This document shows positions 20,469 to 29,327 of a stretch of 64,000 nt of DNA, piece after piece. How positions within the stretch are numbered: the stretch's first letter is position 1; the number at the start of each line of letters is the position of its first letter. The notes below the pieces were generated by a model. It made no database searches, was not told the origin of the DNA, and worked only from the letters and a program-made list of their open reading frames with translations. The DNA comes from Obrimoposthia wandeli (lineage: Eukaryota): NCBI GenBank assembly GCA_977020255.1, contig CDROCS010003444.1:1-64000 (forward strand), written 5' to 3'. The position numbers and the translations under genes are program-made.

Positions 20469-21176
20469 CTATACAAGCTGAACGGCTATTTTATTATTAA
20501 ATTCGGCCAAAGGTCTCGATAGTCCGTTGGTGCCGGTATATTGGTACTCATATTCAAGATTTAAACGCCTAGCTGCAATCATCGCAGCAGCTTGAAGCTT
20601 TTCATCTTCACACTGTGACAAATACATCAACTTTCGATAGTTGCCAAAGTATAAAGATAATAATTCTGGCTTTTGATCAATGCCTAAACCACGAATGATT
20701 AAACGTTCAAAATGTCGTACTAGAAAATCAGTTAAATAAAAGGTACCCAATTCGGCTTCTTGCAATTGCTCAAACTGCTCGCTACCTGCGTAGAATTCAT
20801 AGCAATGTGCCCCCGCAATTCGTTCTACCTGCTCTTCTTCAATCAAGGTATCGAGCAACCCTCCAGTACCACAATCGGCAAACGCTACAAAGATCTGCTG
20901 CTGCTTTGCCTTTGCAATATCAATTAGCACTTTTACTTCTCCCGTAATGCGTTGAGGATAGTTATGTACTTCAGCGCTAATACACTGGACATCAAGGTGC
21001 ATCCAATTATTGGCTTTACATACGCTTAAGATATCGCGCATTAAAGCAGAACAACAAATGATAACGGCGCTCGCATTTTCATTTTTGGTAGATGAGTTAA
21101 CTACAGCTGATGATTTAATTACTTTAGTTTGCGTAGCGGCTATTGATTCAAGCCTTTTAGCTCTTCCTCTACGCAT
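20469..21176 (-). CDS. DUF1638 domain protein (corrinoid reactivation-associated)
   Basis: AEVHNYPQRI, ADCGTGG, AHCYEFYAG, GTFYLTDFL, YFGNYRKLMYL. Confidence 0.8.
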   Translation of the reverse strand: MRRGRAKRLESIAATQTKVIKSSAVVNSSTKNENASAVIICCSALMRDILSVCKANNWMHLDVQCISAEVHNYPQRITGEVKVLIDIAKAKQQQIFVAFADCGTGGLLDTLIEEEQVERIAGAHCYEFYAGSEQFEQLQEAELGTFYLTDFLVRHFERLIIRGLGIDQKPELLSLYFGNYRKLMYLSQCEDEKLQAAAMIAARRLNLEYEYQYTGTNGLSRPLAEFNNKIAVQLV

Positions 21177-21256
21177 TTAAATCACCTGCAGTTTTTTGCA
21201 ATTACAATATTTTCACAATTGTGATAACCAATTTTCAACCGCTACTCGGCTAATAC

Positions 21257-21955
21257 TTAAGCTGCTCGCTTTTGCTTTATCATCTCTAATGCCATATCAA
21301 CTGCAATGGCTGCATCACGACAATAACCATCAGCGCCTACTGCATCACCAAATTCTTGGTTAAGTGGTGCTCCGCCTACTAATACAATGTAATCATCACG
21401 AATACCTTGCTCTTTCATGGTATCGATCACAACTTTCATATAAGGCATGGTAGTGGTTAGCAGTGCAGACATACCTAATATATCCGGCTTGTGCTCTTCT
21501 AAGGCTTCTAAGTACTTTTCAACGGGAATATTAATACCTAGATCGATCACTTCAAGTCCAGCGCCCTCCATCATCATGCCTACCAAGTTTTTACCGATGT
21601 CATGAATATCGCCTTTAACGGTTCCGATCACCATTTTTCCGACTGATTCAACACCTGTTTCAGCCAGTAATGGCCGTAGGATAGCCATGCCGCCTTTCAT
21701 TGCGCCCGCTGCGCTGAGCACTTCAGGTACGAATAAAATTCCATCACGAAAATCAACACCGACAATTGCCATTCCTCCAACGAGAGCATCATTTAACACT
21801 CTATCAGGCGCCCAACCGCGCGCTAGCAATATGTTAGTGCCCTCAGAAACTTCTTCTGCCATACCGTCGTAGAGATCGTCGTGCATCTGCTCTACAAGTT
21901 CGTCATCATTCAGGGTTGATAAATCTAGTTCATCATCAAAATTTTCTTCAGACAT
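21257..21955 (-). CDS. Stand-alone corrinoid (B12-binding) protein
   Basis: Cap domain ILFVPEVL plus GTVKGDIHDIGKNLV (DxHxxG) and SALLTTTM, VLVGGAPL. Confidence 0.93.
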   Translation of the reverse strand: MSEENFDDELDLSTLNDDELVEQMHDDLYDGMAEEVSEGTNILLARGWAPDRVLNDALVGGMAIVGVDFRDGILFVPEVLSAAGAMKGGMAILRPLLAETGVESVGKMVIGTVKGDIHDIGKNLVGMMMEGAGLEVIDLGINIPVEKYLEALEEHKPDILGMSALLTTTMPYMKVVIDTMKEQGIRDDYIVLVGGAPLNQEFGDAVGADGYCRDAAIAVDMALEMIKQKRAA

Positions 21956-22156
21956 CGGGCAAACCCCATCACATTAGTGTATTTAATTGCTTATTTTGCG
22001 CTAACTAAAATATTCAATAACCAACTAGCATAAGTATAATAAAATCTGCTGATTCAGCATTTTCTAAACACCCATAATTATTATTTTCCACTTTTTTAGC
22101 ACCTACTTTATTAACGCCTAGATTATGACCACGAGCTTTTCCACGCTGACATTGTT

Positions 22157-22183
22157 GCGACGAGAAGATACTAGAAAGCGACA
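22157..22183 (-). promoter_or_regulatory. Candidate operator: (T/C)GTCGC x2 at 21-bp spacing upstream of the corrinoid operon
   Basis: GCGACG at 22157 and GCGACA at 22178; same motif and period as upstream of mttB. Confidence 0.4.
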
Positions 22184-22493
22184 CGCTTTACTGTGGCGTG
22201 CCTAACGCAGTTTTAACTCAATTTTAAATTCTTATTTATTAGTCAATAACGCCAAATAACTGCCCAAAAAACCGCTTATGATAAACATGCATGGACATAA
22301 GCAATTGATATAAGGAAAACTATTTTCTTGGCAAGAAAAGAAGGAAGAAACATGAAGGTTGTATAAATAAATTCACGCTTGGTGTGCTCAAGCGCATATA
22401 ACTGATACTTCCAATCACCCCTCTAAACACCAGTAGCCTTGTTAACCGCTGCGAGTGTTTAATAGGATAATTAGAAATTGGTCACATAGATAA

Positions 22494-23594
22494 TTACGCT
22501 GCGCTAGTTAACATACGAATTTTACTATCTACCTCACCATGATCGATATAGTACCCGCGCAGATGCCTGTCACCAGTGGTGGGATCAAAAGCTGAGCGCC
22601 CATGTAACACACGCCCATTGTCAAATATCATCATCTCCCCAGCCTGTAACTTTAACTGCAAAGCGTATTGAGGGGAGCGAATACGACGCATTAAATCTTG
22701 ATACGCACGGTAAAAGTCGATATTTTGACCATCAATTAAGTTTGCGCTTTCAGCCAGATGGGCATTGAAAATAAAATTATTAATCACGCCATTCTCTTCA
22801 CTAATCGATGCATGCTTATAACGAATATCACAATTGCTATCATGAAACCTAAACGGCATTTTCTGTTGACATAAACGTAGGTAATTATCTGAATTTTGAC
22901 TACGTAGGTCTTCAGCAATCGCAAAACCATCTGCCAATAATGACTCTCCGCCTTGCGCATCATTTTTAATGCAGTGCAAAAATTGATACCCAGGTGGTAA
23001 TTGCTGGTTGGTAAGATCAGTGTGCAAAGGCAGTTCTACTGCGGTATATGCTAAATTGTTTGGATCCGCTTTATTAATAACTTCAAACATAACCCCAAAG
23101 TTCGTTTCACGTTTAAAGCCAATCAAATCACCAAATTGCTCACCGCTGAGCTCTCCTTGCAATTCATTAATAATAACTAAACCATCACGCTTCAAAGCAC
23201 TTAACATCTCTTTAAGTTGCGCCGGATTTTCTTCATCAAATTTATTAGCACTAAAGCGCTGTATATCAAAATCACCTTCCCAACGAGCATAGCTTATTTC
23301 TGCTGGATCTTGCAGCTGACAACCCACAGCATAGCTAGCTAATAGTTTAGCGGAAAATACTGAGCGCTCAATTTCACCTGGCCACTGCAAAGATATATGC
23401 TCTTTTGTATACTCTATATCCGTTGGAATAATTTCAATTGACACTTTTGTTAGATCAAATAAGCGCTCTGCAGTTTGCGGATGGAACCCTAAAGGATCGA
23501 TATCACGCAACCAAATAAATGGGAATTTAGATTGGCTGCTATCAGCCCAAGTGAGATCAATTGTAGCGTTGGTAACATTTATAGCTTTTATCAT
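22494..23594 (-). CDS. Gamma-butyrobetaine hydroxylase-like Fe(II)/2-oxoglutarate dioxygenase (TauD family)
   Basis: N-terminal WLRD segment, NNLAYT, LHTDL (HxD), QFLHC, SLLADGF, FDNGRVLHGR, RHLRGYY. Confidence 0.85.
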   Translation of the reverse strand: MIKAINVTNATIDLTWADSSQSKFPFIWLRDIDPLGFHPQTAERLFDLTKVSIEIIPTDIEYTKEHISLQWPGEIERSVFSAKLLASYAVGCQLQDPAEISYARWEGDFDIQRFSANKFDEENPAQLKEMLSALKRDGLVIINELQGELSGEQFGDLIGFKRETNFGVMFEVINKADPNNLAYTAVELPLHTDLTNQQLPPGYQFLHCIKNDAQGGESLLADGFAIAEDLRSQNSDNYLRLCQQKMPFRFHDSNCDIRYKHASISEENGVINNFIFNAHLAESANLIDGQNIDFYRAYQDLMRRIRSPQYALQLKLQAGEMMIFDNGRVLHGRSAFDPTTGDRHLRGYYIDHGEVDSKIRMLTSAA

Positions 23595-24109
23595 GGCGAT
23601 ATCTTTATTTATTAAAACATTAAAAATATCAGATAGAAAAACAGCGCGAATACAGTGAGATACGTAGCTATATACTACGTTAAAACGTGTAGCGAGATAT
23701 TTCTTTAACTGATGGAAAAATTACAACACTGTAATTTTTCGGTGGCGGCCACCAGTCAAAGCGTTTTACGTAAAGAGGATTAATAGTCATAGGATATGAA
23801 ATACTCGTTATCTTTTGACAAGTCAACAAATAATTTTTTTCGCTACCTATTTATCTATAGCCATAAGGAAACAAACACTATTAATTTATAACGGACCTTT
23901 ATAAAAAAATATTATAAAACAAACAGATACCGAGCAGCCTGTAGGCAACACTGCGGATAACTGACAATCACTCATCAAAATAATATTCAATAACGATACA
24001 ACCTTGCTCTGTCATTTGCATTTTCGTAATTAGATTATTTATCCAAGCTTTATAACCGTCGTTGCTTTTTAGCGCAGCCAATAAACTGTTTAAGAAAATT
24101 GAGCTTAAA

Positions 24110-24293
24110 ATATGACGCACAAGAATTTTGAATACGCATTGTAGAGAATTTATTTACCATATCAGATGGCAATCTATCTATGACAATAAGCTTTGGGGCC
24201 GGACAGCTATTAACCGCTGAAAAGTTAAATAGCACTATTTTAAAAGCAAATAGCGCTATTTATTTAGCAAGACAGCAAGACACAACGAAGTGA
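24110..24293 (+). pseudogene. Second GGDEF C-terminal remnant
   Basis: Manual translation IRIVENLFTISDGNLSMTISFGAGQLLTAEKLNSTILKANSAIYLARQQ, with upstream stops. Confidence 0.45.
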
Positions 24294-24342
24294 TTATTCA
24301 CAACGCTTAATCCGCAACCTTACTGCTGCTAGCTATTACAAA

Positions 24343-25944
24343 TTAAGCGACTTGTGTTAAAACTTTATTAGCCAGGTATTCATCGTAAGTACCTTGAAAA
24401 TCGATCATTTTTTTGTCTTTAATTTCAACAACACGGGTCGCGAGTGTCGATACAAACTCACGGTCATGGCTGACAAAGATAAGTGTGCCATCGTAATCTT
24501 TCATCGCATTGTTTAACGCTTCAATCGCTTCCATGTCCATGTGGTTGGTTGGCTCGTCCATAACTAATACATTGGTATCCATCATCATCAACTTGCCGAA
24601 CAATAAGCGGTTTTTCTCACCACCTGAACAAACACGCGCTTTTTTATTGAAATCGTTTTCGGTAAATAATAAACGCCCCAAAAGAGCACGTACTTTTAAA
24701 TCATCATGCTTGACGGTGCGCCACTGTGACATCCAATCAAACAATGTGAGGTCAGTGTCAAAATCTGCTGTGTTATCCTGCGGACAGTAACCAACAACGG
24801 CATTCTCAGCCCATTTTATAGTACCTGAGTTAGCCGTTAGCTGATTCATTAAGCAGCGCAAAAAGGTACTTTTACCTGCGCCATTCTCACCCAGCACAGC
24901 TAATTTAGCACCGGCTTCTATGATGACATCACCTGTGTTAAATAATGTTCCCTCCTCAAATCCATGAGACAATTTCTCGAACACTAACGCCTGGCGATGT
25001 AATTTCTTATGCTGCTTGAAATTCAATGAAGGCGTCATCCGGCTTGATGACTTTACGTCATCAAGCTTAATTTTATCCATTTTCTTAGCACGTGAACTCG
25101 CTTGCTTCGCTTTAGAGGCATTCGCGCCAAAACGGTTTACAAACGCTTGTAGCTCGTCTATTTCTGCACTTTTCTTGGCATTCTCTGAATGCAGCTGATC
25201 ACGAATCAGTGATGATGCACTCAAGAAATATTCATAGTTACCAGGATATACACGCAATTCACCGTAATCGATATCGGCCATATGCGTACAAACCGAATTC
25301 AAGAAGTGGCGATCGTGAGAAATAATAATCATAGTACATTTACGTTTATTAAGCTCGATCGCTAACCAATTGATAGTATCGATATCTAGGTTGTTGGTCG
25401 GCTCATCTAATAATAAAATATCTGGGTTAGAAAACAATGCTTGTGCTAATAACACACGTAGCTTCCAACCGGGTGCCACTTGGCTCATTAAACCAAAATG
25501 GAATTCTTCAGCAATACCCGCTTGAAAAAGGATATCCCCTGCACGACTTTCAGCTGTGTAGCCGTCCATCTCAGCAAATTCAGACTCAAGATGGCCTACT
25601 TCCATCCCCTCTTCTTCAGTCATCTCAGGTAATGAGTAAATACGGTCGCGTTCTTGCTTAACTTTCCATAACGCTTTGTCACCCATGATTACAGCGTCTA
25701 CAACACTATATTCTTCAAAGGCGAACTGATCTTGGCTAAGTGTTCCCACCTTCTCACCAGGAGTAACAGAAATGTTTCCTGATGTTGGCGTCAATTCTCC
25801 ACTCATGATTTTCATCAGAGTTGATTTTCCACAGCCATTGGCGCCTATTAAGCCGTATCTATTACCATTGCCAAATTTTGCAGAGATATTTTCAAATAAA
25901 GGTTGAGCACCAAACTGCATGGTGATGTTTGCTGTGGATATCAA
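24343..25944 (-). CDS. Second YbiT-like ABC-F ATPase paralog
   Basis: Same motif layout as 2030-3613. Start placed at TTG 25944 ([11 protein letters not shown]) by homology and a GGAAG RBS; track start 25968. Confidence 0.92.
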   Translation of the reverse strand: MISTANITMQFGAQPLFENISAKFGNGNRYGLIGANGCGKSTLMKIMSGELTPTSGNISVTPGEKVGTLSQDQFAFEEYSVVDAVIMGDKALWKVKQERDRIYSLPEMTEEEGMEVGHLESEFAEMDGYTAESRAGDILFQAGIAEEFHFGLMSQVAPGWKLRVLLAQALFSNPDILLLDEPTNNLDIDTINWLAIELNKRKCTMIIISHDRHFLNSVCTHMADIDYGELRVYPGNYEYFLSASSLIRDQLHSENAKKSAEIDELQAFVNRFGANASKAKQASSRAKKMDKIKLDDVKSSSRMTPSLNFKQHKKLHRQALVFEKLSHGFEEGTLFNTGDVIIEAGAKLAVLGENGAGKSTFLRCLMNQLTANSGTIKWAENAVVGYCPQDNTADFDTDLTLFDWMSQWRTVKHDDLKVRALLGRLLFTENDFNKKARVCSGGEKNRLLFGKLMMMDTNVLVMDEPTNHMDMEAIEALNNAMKDYDGTLIFVSHDREFVSTLATRVVEIKDKKMIDFQGTYDEYLANKVLTQVA

Positions 25945-25973
25945 AGGAAGCTTCCAGTTATTAGTCAATCGAG

Positions 25974-26009
25974 GGCGCGCATTATACAGAACAATCTGCT
26001 TAAGGTCGA
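25974..26009 (-). promoter_or_regulatory. Putative sigma70 promoter with GC-rich discriminator
   Basis: Minus strand reads TCGACC-N17-TATAAT-GCGCGCC. Confidence 0.55.
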
Positions 26010-26308
26010 CCGTGTTGATTGTTTTTTGCGCAACAATTCTTACTTAAATTGATTGATCACTAAATTAAGTTAATTGCTGATAGAAGTTGTGATTAATAGG
26101 CACTATGTCGGAAATAGAAAGGTATTTAGCCTTCAGAGTAATGCAATGGTAAACCGGATCGTGTTTACTATAGGAAATATTATTTCATATTGGGGAATTA
26201 TTTGTTATAAGTTACATTAAATACTTAATTCTCTAAATAGCGACATCGCAATAATTAGCTCAATGCTAGTTAAAGCGTAAAAATCAACCTTAGCAGGTAA
26301 TTCAAAAT

Positions 26309-29281
26309 ATGGTTTCTATACAACAACTAAATACAGCACGTAATACAGCAATCGCCGCAACTAGCACCGGTGCTCCCAAGGCGACCTCTAACCAGTTTTT
26401 TGGTGTCGGCCCCATCACTGATATGACTCTAAACGAGGTAGACGCTAGATTATTGCGTTTTGAATTTGATGCTTGGATAGAAGCTAACTACCCAAAACTT
26501 GATGATCAAGGCAATAAAATTGGTCAATTTACCACTGCTGAAATTGGCCGTGGTATGCACCGTGGCTATCCTGCTGATAAAGTATTAAATGACATGATGC
26601 GTGAAATGCACCGTTATTTTGCTTTTCCTAAAAGCAATAAAATGGCGGTGGGCTTGGGCGGTGGGCACAGTGGTTTTACCGCCGCAGCCCTGCATATGAT
26701 GAATGCAAATAACAGTGAACAGATTGTATTTGTTGATACACCTAAGCCTGAATCTGAAGCAGCTAAAGCCGGAGGCTTCTTTCGCCAATCTTGGGGAACG
26801 CAATTAACTGAATTACAACGCTATGCAACTAACGGTGATGAAAGCCGCTTAATCTTTGCAGAAGGCGAAGGCGCTATTCCAAGTGCTGATTTTTTAGTAT
26901 CTAAAGGTGTTAAATTATTCTTTGGTGTAGGCCATGAAACAACAGGGGCTACCACTTACACAAGCGAGGAAATAACTAACTTATTAGCTTGGATTGATTT
27001 AAACCCCGGCGAACACCATGCAGTAATTGATGCAACTTCCTTATTAGGCGCGATGCCTTGGCCACAAACGCTGGTTGAGCAGATGCTGGCTAAGTGCACC
27101 ATGTTTATGCCTTTCCAAAAGGCTATTGGCGGTATTTCAGGCTACTACGTCATTTCTTTAACACCCCAAGCGCTTAACTTAATTGATGAAAACCAAAAAG
27201 ATCCTTCATGGGCTATCCCTAGGCAATTAAAAATTGCTGTATCTGTTGATGGCACTTTACCGCTAAGCTCAGCAAAAAGTACTGCACTGGGGCCAATTTA
27301 CGACCCTCAAACAGATAAAATGCTCGGTGGTATCATCAACACTTACAGCACTTTGGCGTTTGCAGAAACAACTTTTGGTATTTTACGTAATGAAAGAAAC
27401 ATTGGTGATGTAACCACGCTTAACGAACGCTCAAGCACTAACCGCAATATCGTCAATACATGGGTTGCTAACAATCCACTATTTGAGCTAGGCGTTGCTA
27501 ATGAAGATGCACGTGGTGCTGCTGTTACGTTATTAAAGGTAACTGATAGCGACATTACTGATGATGCTGTTCACCAGCGCATCGTAGCTAAATCTAAGCA
27601 GTTACTAGGTTATGATGGTATTACTCATGCTGATGGCTGCCACGAAAAAGGCCTAGATGTAGCACGTTATGTTAATGCTTTCCCAGGCTCTCCCGGTGAT
27701 TATCGCGCATGGATTGGTGGTATTCGCCCACAAGTTGATATTACATCCCTTCTGGATAATGTTAACTACTGCTACTTGCGCGCAAAAATTGCCGTGCTAG
27801 AAGAGCTATTAACCGATGCTGGTGAAAGTTTTGACAGCGCTGTTAATACCACTAGTACTGATGAAGCTCGCGTGGATGATTCACAACGTGCTTATAAAGT
27901 ATTGATCGCAGATTTAGTCGGCATGGTCTTTGATGTAAATGGCGAAGCCGATTGCTCTAGCGTTAAGCAACATGTTGAAAGCAAAGGCGGTGTTTTTCAC
28001 AATCAAGCCCTCAACGATGACGCAAAACTAGCTGCTGGCATGCATTTCTTTTATCAACCGCACTTAAGCCGTGAAGATGAGTTGTTAGCACAAACTGAGC
28101 AAGGACAATACGATGCAACCATCGTAGCTGCTACCTTCTTGCCTAAAACGGCTAAGTTTGAATTTGGCGGTGTACGCATTGGTGCTGGCACTGGCAACAT
28201 GGGCGCAGATAGCTGGGGCGGAGGTAACGGCACTGGCGGTATTGCACCTTTAATGAATACACCTAGTTTTAATTCAAGAGCGACTGCACAAACCGCTTTT
28301 AAAGCATTACTTAAAGTACTACCCGATTTACAAGTACAAGCAATGCACGATTTAGTGGTTGCTGGTGATTTCGATACAGGCAAAAATCTTGCACAATTCC
28401 CGACCACTAAACTTGAGGGCAAGAAGATAGCCATCATTGGTTTTGGCAATATTGGTCGTGAAGTGGCTAAATTAGCCGCAGCATTTGGCATGCGCGTCAG
28501 TGTTTATGCTAGAGCAAAACACCAGGTTTGGATTGAATCTGAAGGCTTTGAATATGCATCTTCTATCGTTGCAGCTGCTAAAGATGCCGATGTTATTAGC
28601 CCGCACACTGGCCTTGGCGCATTAGATGCTACAACGGGTATTTTCAGCAATGCTAATATCATCAATAGTGAAGTTTTCTCTGCAATGAACCAAGCTGCAA
28701 TACTGGTTAACTATGATCGCGGTGAAGTGGTTGATATAAACGCTTTAGATGCAGCGCTAAGCAGCGGCCAAATTCGTTACGCAGCGATTGATGCCGATTT
28801 GTTTAAAGATCCGACGAGCGGTGAATTATCAGGCCCTATGGTTCCTTACCGTAATATTGAGCCTAAGCACGTTGGAAAAATGGAGTTATTACCCCATGCA
28901 GCGGCCGATACTGAGCATATGTCTCGTGTTGAAGGCGCTAAGCAAGCGGTTGATCAGATTTTCGATGTTATCCAATATCGCAAGGTAACTAACCTTAAAG
29001 GTGATTTACCTGCAGGTTATGAAGATGATGGTGCTAAAACAGTTAATGGTGTTGGTAAAGTCAATGCTGCTAACTTACAGGGTTTAGATGATGCACAGCT
29101 TCAACAACTAAGCGAAAGCGCACAATATGTGGCTGCTTTTTGGGGAGCGGTTAACGCAACTCAAGATCCGCAACGTAAAGCGCAATTAATTGCTCAATAT
29201 AGTGAACAGCTAGTGCTTCAATCTAATATTTATGCAACGCTTATGCAAAAGAATGGCCTGCAAGGTCCTTTAGCTGAATAA
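26309..29281 (+). CDS. Fusion of a class-V PLP aminotransferase (SerC-like) and a D-2-hydroxyacid dehydrogenase
   Basis: N-terminal half: GLGGGHSGF, VIDATSLLG, MPFQKAIGG (PLP Lys), GDYRAW. C-terminal half: IIGFGNIGREVA, VNYDRGEVVD, LLPHAAA. Single uninterrupted ORF. Confidence 0.85.
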   Translation: MVSIQQLNTARNTAIAATSTGAPKATSNQFFGVGPITDMTLNEVDARLLRFEFDAWIEANYPKLDDQGNKIGQFTTAEIGRGMHRGYPADKVLNDMMREMHRYFAFPKSNKMAVGLGGGHSGFTAAALHMMNANNSEQIVFVDTPKPESEAAKAGGFFRQSWGTQLTELQRYATNGDESRLIFAEGEGAIPSADFLVSKGVKLFFGVGHETTGATTYTSEEITNLLAWIDLNPGEHHAVIDATSLLGAMPWPQTLVEQMLAKCTMFMPFQKAIGGISGYYVISLTPQALNLIDENQKDPSWAIPRQLKIAVSVDGTLPLSSAKSTALGPIYDPQTDKMLGGIINTYSTLAFAETTFGILRNERNIGDVTTLNERSSTNRNIVNTWVANNPLFELGVANEDARGAAVTLLKVTDSDITDDAVHQRIVAKSKQLLGYDGITHADGCHEKGLDVARYVNAFPGSPGDYRAWIGGIRPQVDITSLLDNVNYCYLRAKIAVLEELLTDAGESFDSAVNTTSTDEARVDDSQRAYKVLIADLVGMVFDVNGEADCSSVKQHVESKGGVFHNQALNDDAKLAAGMHFFYQPHLSREDELLAQTEQGQYDATIVAATFLPKTAKFEFGGVRIGAGTGNMGADSWGGGNGTGGIAPLMNTPSFNSRATAQTAFKALLKVLPDLQVQAMHDLVVAGDFDTGKNLAQFPTTKLEGKKIAIIGFGNIGREVAKLAAAFGMRVSVYARAKHQVWIESEGFEYASSIVAAAKDADVISPHTGLGALDATTGIFSNANIINSEVFSAMNQAAILVNYDRGEVVDINALDAALSSGQIRYAAIDADLFKDPTSGELSGPMVPYRNIEPKHVGKMELLPHAAADTEHMSRVEGAKQAVDQIFDVIQYRKVTNLKGDLPAGYEDDGAKTVNGVGKVNAANLQGLDDAQLQQLSESAQYVAAFWGAVNATQDPQRKAQLIAQYSEQLVLQSNIYATLMQKNGLQGPLAE

Positions 29282-29327
29282 CTAACGACATAATTATTCA
29301 ACTATTTTACTATTCAAGGAATACAGC

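Noticed and set aside
21960-22490. Cobalamin riboswitch upstream of the corrinoid operon
   Set aside because: No recognisable B12-box (GGGAA...GCCACTG-type) motifs on either strand.
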